Shown here piece after piece: positions 57,915 through 64,000 of a stretch of DNA of 64,000 nt. The position numbers and the translations under genes are program-made. The first letter of the stretch is position 1. The number at the start of each line of letters is the position of its first letter. The notes beneath the pieces are model-generated. The model was not told the DNA's origin. It saw only the letters and a program-made list of their open reading frames with translations, and made no database searches. Location of the stretch: assembly GCA_015234045.1 (NCBI GenBank), contig JADFWU010000006.1, positions 25,192 through 89,191 on the forward strand, in the 5' to 3' direction. The stretch is from Magnetococcales bacterium. GTDB lineage: Bacteria; Pseudomonadota; Magnetococcia; Magnetococcales; JADFWU01.

Positions 57915-60900
57915 GCAAAGTCAAAAATATTCCATTGTGATTGTCGATGATGCGCCAGAAAATCTGGATATTCTCAAAAACGTTCTGCGCGACGCCTATA
58001 TGGTCAAGCCGGTCACCAATGGGCGTTTAGCGCTTCGACTGGCCAACATGGAACCACAACCGGATTTGATTCTGCTGGATGTCATGATGCCGGATATGGA
58101 TGGCTATGAAGTGTGTCGGCTTCTGAAATCGAACCCAAAAACCGCCGCTATTCCAATCATCTTTGTCACTGCCAAAAACAACCCGGATGATGAATTAAAA
58201 GGCCTGCAAATCGGTGCGGCTGACTATATTACAAAACCCATCAGCCCGGCTATCGTCAAAGCACGCGTGGGTACTCAACTTGCTTTAGCCCAAGCCAATC
58301 AGGAAATGCAGAACAAAAACCGGCGCGTCACAGAGATTAATGAACGATTGAGCGAAAGCATGGAGCAATTGGCTGCCTCTGAAGAGAGATTCCGCAGTTT
58401 GGTGCAAACTATTCCTGATATCGTTTACAAAATTGACGAGGAAGGACGATTCAATTTCCTCAATAAATCCATTGAACGGTTGGGCTATCATCAATCAGAA
58501 TTAATCGGTCATCATTTTACTGAATTAATCCACAGTGCTGATATTCACGAAGCAAGCCTCTCAGAGGTGATCAACCGGATCGGCAAAGGCACAGCCAATC
58601 CCGAGCAAAAAGTGTTTGATGAACGGCGCAGCGGTGACCGAATGACCTCTGGCCTGGAGATTCGTTTACGTGCCAAATCAGGCAGTGCTTCTGAAGTATC
58701 GGAGATTCGAAATATCAGTCACAACATGGTCAGTGTTGAGGTCAACAGCACCGGTCTCTACGGCGAAGACAGCACAAATTCAACAATAAAACAGTATATC
58801 GGCACTGTCGGTGTCATACGCGATGTCAGTGATCGCCTCACGGCTCAAAAAGCTCTGGATGATGAACGCAAGCTGTTGCGTGAATTGATCAATACTGTTC
58901 CCATGCCCATCTTTTTTGCCACACAAAAAAACCGTTTGGTATTCACCAACCAAGCGTTACAAAATTTTGTGCCGCATGAGTTGAAGTCTGTTGAAGGTAC
59001 TCCTCTGGAGGATCTGTTTGATCCCAAAGAGGCCTCACGCATTACCGGATTGATTTCCCTGCTGTTTGACGACCCAAACTGCCAACAGATCAACCGTGAA
59101 ATCACCCTGACCGCTCATACCGGTAAAACACATACTGTTCAAACCATTGTATCAAAATTCTACCGAATCGATGAAGACACCCCTTCCGTCATCGGTATCC
59201 TGGTTGATGTGACCGATCAAAAAGCATTTGAAAACGCATTGATTGCCGCACAAGCCAAAGCGGAACAGATGTCAGTGTTGGCACAGGATGCCAATCGGGC
59301 AAAAGGTGACTTCCTTGCCAATATGAGCCATGAGATACGAACGCCGATGAATGCCATCATCGGACTCAGCCACCTCTGTCTCCAGACTGAACTGGACACC
59401 AAACAGCACGACTATCTCAATAAGGTGCATACCAGTGCCAATGCGCTATTGCGCTTGTTGAATGACATTCTGGACTTTTCAAAAATTGAAGCCGGAAATC
59501 TTACTCTGGAGCAGGCACCATTCTCCTTAAATGATCTCTTCACCAATCTGGGTTCAGTTATCGGCATCAAAAGTCAGGAGAAAGGGATCGAATTCCTGAT
59601 TGATACGCCACCAGATCTGCCAACACTCCTGATCGGTGATGGATTCAGGTTAGGCCAGATACTGACCAATCTGGCTGGCAATGCGGTTAAATTTACCGAT
59701 GCTGGCGCGGTCTCAATTCACACTGAGAAGGTCGAACAACAGAATACGAACTTGGTTCTGAAATTTACTGTCAGTGATAGCGGAATCGGCATGTCCAGTG
59801 ATCAAATGGACCACCTCTTTGATAAATTCACCCAAGCCGATGCATCAATCTCGCGAAAATATGGCGGTACTGGCCTGGGTCTGGCCATCAGCAAACAACT
59901 TGTGGAACTGATGGGCGGCACCATTTGGGCGGAAAGCACGCCCGATGTGGGCAGTAAATTTATATTTACAACCCGATTAACTGTGGAAAACCAACAGAAA
60001 AAAGAGCTTCCCTACCCCTCTTTTAAAGGTAAAACAGCCCTTGTGGTCGATGACAATAACTTGGCCAGAGAGGTAAACGTCAACCTGCTGAAACAATTGG
60101 ATTTCACAATTGAAGCCGCAGAAAATGGTCCTACCGCCATTCAGAAAATCATCATCGCTGTTATGGAAGGCCGCACATATGATTTGATACTGCTTGATTG
60201 GAATATGCCAGAAATGGATGGCTTGGAACTGGCACACCGTATTCGCAATGATTTGACGTTGGAACGGACTCCAGCAATCATTATGGTGACCAGTCATCCT
60301 ATTGAAAAAATATCCGCCTTGGATGAACCTGTTTCACTTTTCGATACTCTGCTGGAGAAACCTCTCAATACGGCTACATTATGTCGCAGCATTTGCCATT
60401 TATTTGGGATGGAAACATCCGCTTGTGATGATCAAATAACAGATTCAGCCCCAAAAGAGGTACCGGATAACCAAAGCGCTCTGTCAAAAAGCCATATTCT
60501 GGTTGCTGATGACAATGATATCAATCAAATCATTGTCAAAGAGTTACTGGAAAAAGTCGGCGTTCGGGTATCCTGTGTCAATAATGGTGAAGAAGCGCTC
60601 AATCTCGCCTCTAAAGAATCATTTGACGCTGTTTTGATGGATCTGAAAATGCCCATCATGGATGGATTGACCGCAACCCGAGAGATTCGGCGACAACTGG
60701 GCAATAATCCACTGCCCATCATTGCCATGACCGCTAAAGTCATGTCCGATGACCGGAACGACTGCCTTCAGGCTGGCATGAATGACTATGTCGATAAGCC
60801 CATTGAACCAGAGACTCTCTATCGTGTATTGGCTGAATGGTTGAATGCGCCACTGGATCGCATTATTTCTGATTCAACACAGGCAGATCAAACAGAAGAG

Positions 60901-61533
60901 CACTCTGTTATTGCGCTTCCAGAACTTCCTGGCATTGATGTTAAAGCCGGTCTACGCAATGTTGGCGGTGATGTCGAATTCTATAAAAAAATCATAATGC
61001 GATTTGTTCAGAATCAAGCCGCAACCGGTCAACAGCTATACGCATATCTGAAAGACAAAGAGTTCGATTCACTGAGAAAACTGGCCCACACTCTTAAAGG
61101 TGTTTCCGGTTCAGTGGGGGCGCATTCCCTCCGTGAAAAAGCACTGGAGATTGAACAACTATCTAAATCAGACATGCCCTCGAACACATTGGATCTGTTG
61201 ATTGAATCCACTATCCAAGTATTGGACAGCACTCTGAAAACCATAAGTGCAGCATTTCCTGATGCATTGAACCAACAAACAGAATCAACACAACAAGAGA
61301 ATGCTCAAACGGATGACCTGGTTCAACTGGCCGAACTATTAAACAAAGCAGACGAACTGTTACAGCTATTTGATGTCTCAGTAGAACAAACCATTGAAAA
61401 ACTCGATATGATTGTTCACTCTTCCGCTCGGAAAGAACGCATCATCAGCTTAAGAAAAAAGGTTCGAGAATATGATTTTGAAGCCTGCTCAACTGAGATC
61501 GAAGATTGGCAAAAAGCAGAAGGATTTGTGTAA
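57907..61533 (+). CDS. hybrid sensor kinase (REC, coiled coil, PAS x2, HisKA-HATPase, REC, REC, HPt)
   Basis: 8-nt overlap with the upstream gene. [21 protein letters not shown]. Confidence 0.9.
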   Translation: MSEQSQKYSIVIVDDAPENLDILKNVLRDAYMVKPVTNGRLALRLANMEPQPDLILLDVMMPDMDGYEVCRLLKSNPKTAAIPIIFVTAKNNPDDELKGLQIGAADYITKPISPAIVKARVGTQLALAQANQEMQNKNRRVTEINERLSESMEQLAASEERFRSLVQTIPDIVYKIDEEGRFNFLNKSIERLGYHQSELIGHHFTELIHSADIHEASLSEVINRIGKGTANPEQKVFDERRSGDRMTSGLEIRLRAKSGSASEVSEIRNISHNMVSVEVNSTGLYGEDSTNSTIKQYIGTVGVIRDVSDRLTAQKALDDERKLLRELINTVPMPIFFATQKNRLVFTNQALQNFVPHELKSVEGTPLEDLFDPKEASRITGLISLLFDDPNCQQINREITLTAHTGKTHTVQTIVSKFYRIDEDTPSVIGILVDVTDQKAFENALIAAQAKAEQMSVLAQDANRAKGDFLANMSHEIRTPMNAIIGLSHLCLQTELDTKQHDYLNKVHTSANALLRLLNDILDFSKIEAGNLTLEQAPFSLNDLFTNLGSVIGIKSQEKGIEFLIDTPPDLPTLLIGDGFRLGQILTNLAGNAVKFTDAGAVSIHTEKVEQQNTNLVLKFTVSDSGIGMSSDQMDHLFDKFTQADASISRKYGGTGLGLAISKQLVELMGGTIWAESTPDVGSKFIFTTRLTVENQQKKELPYPSFKGKTALVVDDNNLAREVNVNLLKQLDFTIEAAENGPTAIQKIIIAVMEGRTYDLILLDWNMPEMDGLELAHRIRNDLTLERTPAIIMVTSHPIEKISALDEPVSLFDTLLEKPLNTATLCRSICHLFGMETSACDDQITDSAPKEVPDNQSALSKSHILVADDNDINQIIVKELLEKVGVRVSCVNNGEEALNLASKESFDAVLMDLKMPIMDGLTATREIRRQLGNNPLPIIAMTAKVMSDDRNDCLQAGMNDYVDKPIEPETLYRVLAEWLNAPLDRIISDSTQADQTEEHSVIALPELPGIDVKAGLRNVGGDVEFYKKIIMRFVQNQAATGQQLYAYLKDKEFDSLRKLAHTLKGVSGSVGAHSLREKALEIEQLSKSDMPSNTLDLLIESTIQVLDSTLKTISAAFPDALNQQTESTQQENAQTDDLVQLAELLNKADELLQLFDVSVEQTIEKLDMIVHSSARKERIISLRKKVREYDFEACSTEIEDWQKAEGFV

Positions 61534-61587
61534 CTCCCATGCTGATTGAAAGCAACATGTTTATCAACAAATTCTCAGGGGTGGGAT

Positions 61588-62643
61588 ATGATGGATAATC
61601 AGGTCAGCAAAAAAACCGTATTAATCGTTGATGACACACCGGAAAATGTCGATGTGCTCCGAGGTATTCTTTCTCAGCATTACCGGATTCAGGTAGCAAC
61701 CAACGGTCGCTTGGCATTGAAAATCGCCTTTTCTCCTGCACCTCCAGATCTGATTCTTCTGGATGTGATGATGCCGGAGTTGGATGGTTATGAAACCTGT
61801 CGTTTACTTAAAAAAGATGACCGAACCAGCGATATTCCCGTTCTGTTTGTCACAGCCAAATCCGATGTTAAAGACGAAACGCACGGACTCTCAATCGGTG
61901 CAGCCGATTATCTCGTCAAGCCAGTCAGTCCACCTATTGTGCTGGCACGTGTCAAGACCCACCTGGCCATCAATGACAAACGCAAACTGCTTCAAGATCA
62001 GGTAGAAGCCAGAACAGCCCAACTTCAGGAACGCTCCAAAGAGCTGTTCGAAACCCGTGTTGAAGTGATTCGCCAGCTGGGCCGTGCCGCTGAATATCGG
62101 GACAACGAAACCGGCATGCATGTCATCCGCATGAGCCGCTTTGTTCGCTTGCTGGCCCTTAAGTCCGGTTTAAGTCAACCAGAGGCCGACCAAATCATGT
62201 ATGCCTCCATGATGCATGATATCGGTAAAATCGGCATTCCCGATACAATACTGTTAAAACCCGGAAAATTGACCAACGAAGAGTTCGACATCATCAAATC
62301 ACACCCGGAAATCGGCCATAACATTATTGGAAAACAGCAGGCTAACCTGTTAAGCATGGGCGGTTTGATTGCCTTGAGCCATCACGAAAAATGGAATGGT
62401 CGCGGCTATCCAAACGGCTTGGCAGGAGAAGAGATCCCGCTGGTGGGTCGGTTTTGCGCCATCGGTGATGTGTTTGATGCCCTGACTTCTATCCGACCCT
62501 ATAAAAAAGCCTGGAGTGTGGATGACGCACTGAAACTGATCATTGATGAAGCGGGTGAACATTTTGATCCAAAATTGGCACAGATGTTTGTTGGTATGAA
62601 ATCCCAAATCGTAGAAATCATGGAGAAGTATAAAGAGAATTAA
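61588..62643 (+). CDS. response regulator with HD-GYP c-di-GMP phosphodiesterase domain (RpfG-like)
   Basis: VLIVDDTPEN..LLDVMMPELDG, HDIGKIGIPD, HHEKWNGRGYP. Confidence 0.9.
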   Translation: MMDNQVSKKTVLIVDDTPENVDVLRGILSQHYRIQVATNGRLALKIAFSPAPPDLILLDVMMPELDGYETCRLLKKDDRTSDIPVLFVTAKSDVKDETHGLSIGAADYLVKPVSPPIVLARVKTHLAINDKRKLLQDQVEARTAQLQERSKELFETRVEVIRQLGRAAEYRDNETGMHVIRMSRFVRLLALKSGLSQPEADQIMYASMMHDIGKIGIPDTILLKPGKLTNEEFDIIKSHPEIGHNIIGKQQANLLSMGGLIALSHHEKWNGRGYPNGLAGEEIPLVGRFCAIGDVFDALTSIRPYKKAWSVDDALKLIIDEAGEHFDPKLAQMFVGMKSQIVEIMEKYKEN

Positions 62644-62798
62644 GGCGCGTTGAATAATTTTTAGGTTGAGAACATTCTGCGCCTTAATTTTTGGCAAAAG
62701 GGGTGTGCTTTAGATGCGTATTAGGATAAACTAATCAGCTTCCGTGAATTGGCACAATGCCAGATCACAAGGGGTCAAAAAGCCGGTTGCCTTATCTT

Positions 62799-64000
62799 AT
62801 GAGCGAAACCACAGAATCTAAACGTCACCAGATCAATATCGAAGACGAAATGCAGTCGTCCTACCTCGATTATGCCATGAGCGTAATCGTTGGGCGTGCT
62901 TTGCCGGATGTTCGTGACGGTCTAAAACCCGTTCACCGGCGCGTGCTCTATGCCATGCACGAATTGGGCAACGACTGGAACAAGGCGTATAAGAAATCCG
63001 CCCGCGTCGTCGGTGATGTGATCGGTAAATATCATCCCCATGGCGATGTTGCTGTCTATGACACCATCGTGCGTATGGCACAGGATTTTTCCATGCGTCA
63101 TCTACTGGTGGATGGCCAAGGCAACTTCGGCTCCGTAGACGGCGACTCCGCCGCTGCCATGCGTTATACCGAAGTACGCATGACACGCCTCGCTCATGAA
63201 CTGCTGGCGGATCTGGAAAAAGATACCGTAGCTTTTGGACCGAACTATGACGGCTCACTCAAAGAGCCGCTGGTGATGCCCTGTAAGTTCCCGCATCTGC
63301 TGGTGAACGGCTCTTCTGGTATTGCCGTTGGTATGGCAACCAATATTCCGCCCCACAATCTCGGTGAAATTATCACCGCAACATGTGAGCTGATTGACAA
63401 TCCAGAGTTAACCATTCCCGAACTGATGGAGATCGTGCCCGGTCCAGATTTTCCCACCGGTGGCACAATCCATGGTCGCGCAGGCATCCACGCCGCCCAG
63501 CACACAGGACGCGGTTCAGTGGTCGTGCGCGCTAAAACACGCATTGAAACCCGTAAACGCGATGGCCGTGAAACGATCGTTGTCTATGAACTGCCCTATC
63601 AGGTCAACAAGGCAAAACTGGTGGAACGGATCGCACAATTGGTGCGTGAAAAACGTCTGACCGGTATTGCTGACCTACGTGATGAGTCCGACCGCGAGGG
63701 CATGCGCGTTGTTATTGATCTAAAACGGGATGCCCACTCGGATGTGGTGCTGAACCATCTGTTCAAACATACCCCCATGCAATCCACCTTTGGTGTGAAT
63801 GCGTTGGCATTGGTGAATGGTCGTCCACAGGTGCTCAACCTGAAGGACTTCCTGGTTCATTTCATCAATCATCGCCGTGAAGTGGTCACCCGGCGTACCC
63901 AGTTTGAGTTACGCAAAGCACAGGCGCGTTCCCATATTTTGGAAGGGCTTGCTGTTGCACTGGCCAATATTGATCGGGTTATTCAACTGGTCAGAAGTGC
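62799..64000 (+). CDS. gyrA: DNA gyrase subunit A, 5' part (continues beyond the window)
   Basis: [36 protein letters not shown]. No stop before 64000, so it is absent from the ORF track. Confidence 0.95.
   Translation, partial: MSETTESKRHQINIEDEMQSSYLDYAMSVIVGRALPDVRDGLKPVHRRVLYAMHELGNDWNKAYKKSARVVGDVIGKYHPHGDVAVYDTIVRMAQDFSMRHLLVDGQGNFGSVDGDSAAAMRYTEVRMTRLAHELLADLEKDTVAFGPNYDGSLKEPLVMPCKFPHLLVNGSSGIAVGMATNIPPHNLGEIITATCELIDNPELTIPELMEIVPGPDFPTGGTIHGRAGIHAAQHTGRGSVVVRAKTRIETRKRDGRETIVVYELPYQVNKAKLVERIAQLVREKRLTGIADLRDESDREGMRVVIDLKRDAHSDVVLNHLFKHTPMQSTFGVNALALVNGRPQVLNLKDFLVHFINHRREVVTRRTQFELRKAQARSHILEGLAVALANIDRVIQLVRS

Noticed and set aside
62833-63838. Three minus-strand ORFs (141, 99 and 79 aa)
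   Set aside because: They are shadows of gyrA, which is open to the window edge and therefore absent from the ORF track.

Overview
This 64-kb window looks like a chromosomal segment of a gammaproteobacterium-like organism, judged from E. coli-like MinCDE, YajD, RecQ, PurB, FeoABC and GyrA. Coding density is high. I found no rRNA, no CRISPR array and no intact tRNA. Core genes are a cold-shock protein, PPK2, recQ, minCDE, an ABC-F ATPase, yajD, purB, feoABC and the 5' part of gyrA, which runs off the right edge and is therefore missing from the ORF track. Interleaved with these are clearly accessory or horizontally acquired blocks. (1) A ~3.5-kb islet (1-3560) has a FimB/FimE-type tyrosine recombinase at one end and a displaced tRNA-Arg(ACG) 3' half at the other. 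(2) A rhodanese / 4-TM protein / octaheme cytochrome c operon. (3) An AT-rich patch carries parDE, an unknown 196-aa protein, DUF1640 and a secreted thermonuclease. (4) A complete 7-gene V-type ATPase operon (D-I-K-E-DUF2764-A-B) is flanked by mobile-element debris, and its c-ring subunit carries a Na+-binding signature. (5) A REP-rich patch holds a decayed RAYT gene, an unknown overlapping gene pair, Mrr and an orphan antitoxin. (6) A sigma54 enhancer-binding response regulator has a textbook sigma54 promoter architecture, convergent with a hybrid kinase. (7) My best candidate for an uncharacterised system is a cluster preceded by a near-consensus sigma54 promoter. It encodes a full polyprenyl-phospho-D-arabinofuranose donor pathway (HAD-UbiA fusion, DprE1-like, DprE2-like), a GT4, a large GT-C-like membrane protein, an orphan zf-HC2 protein and an inserted CI/LexA-like repressor. 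(8) A three-gene phosphorelay runs from a 1512-aa MHYT hybrid kinase through a 1208-aa hybrid kinase to a REC-HD-GYP regulator. Three dispersed repeat families were found by eye: a MITE with 27-bp perfect TIRs, a structured ~120-185-bp intergenic repeat, and a 24-bp REP. There is also a perfect 123-bp tandem duplication across two convergent gene ends. All protein calls come from motif and family recognition by eye. No database search was run.
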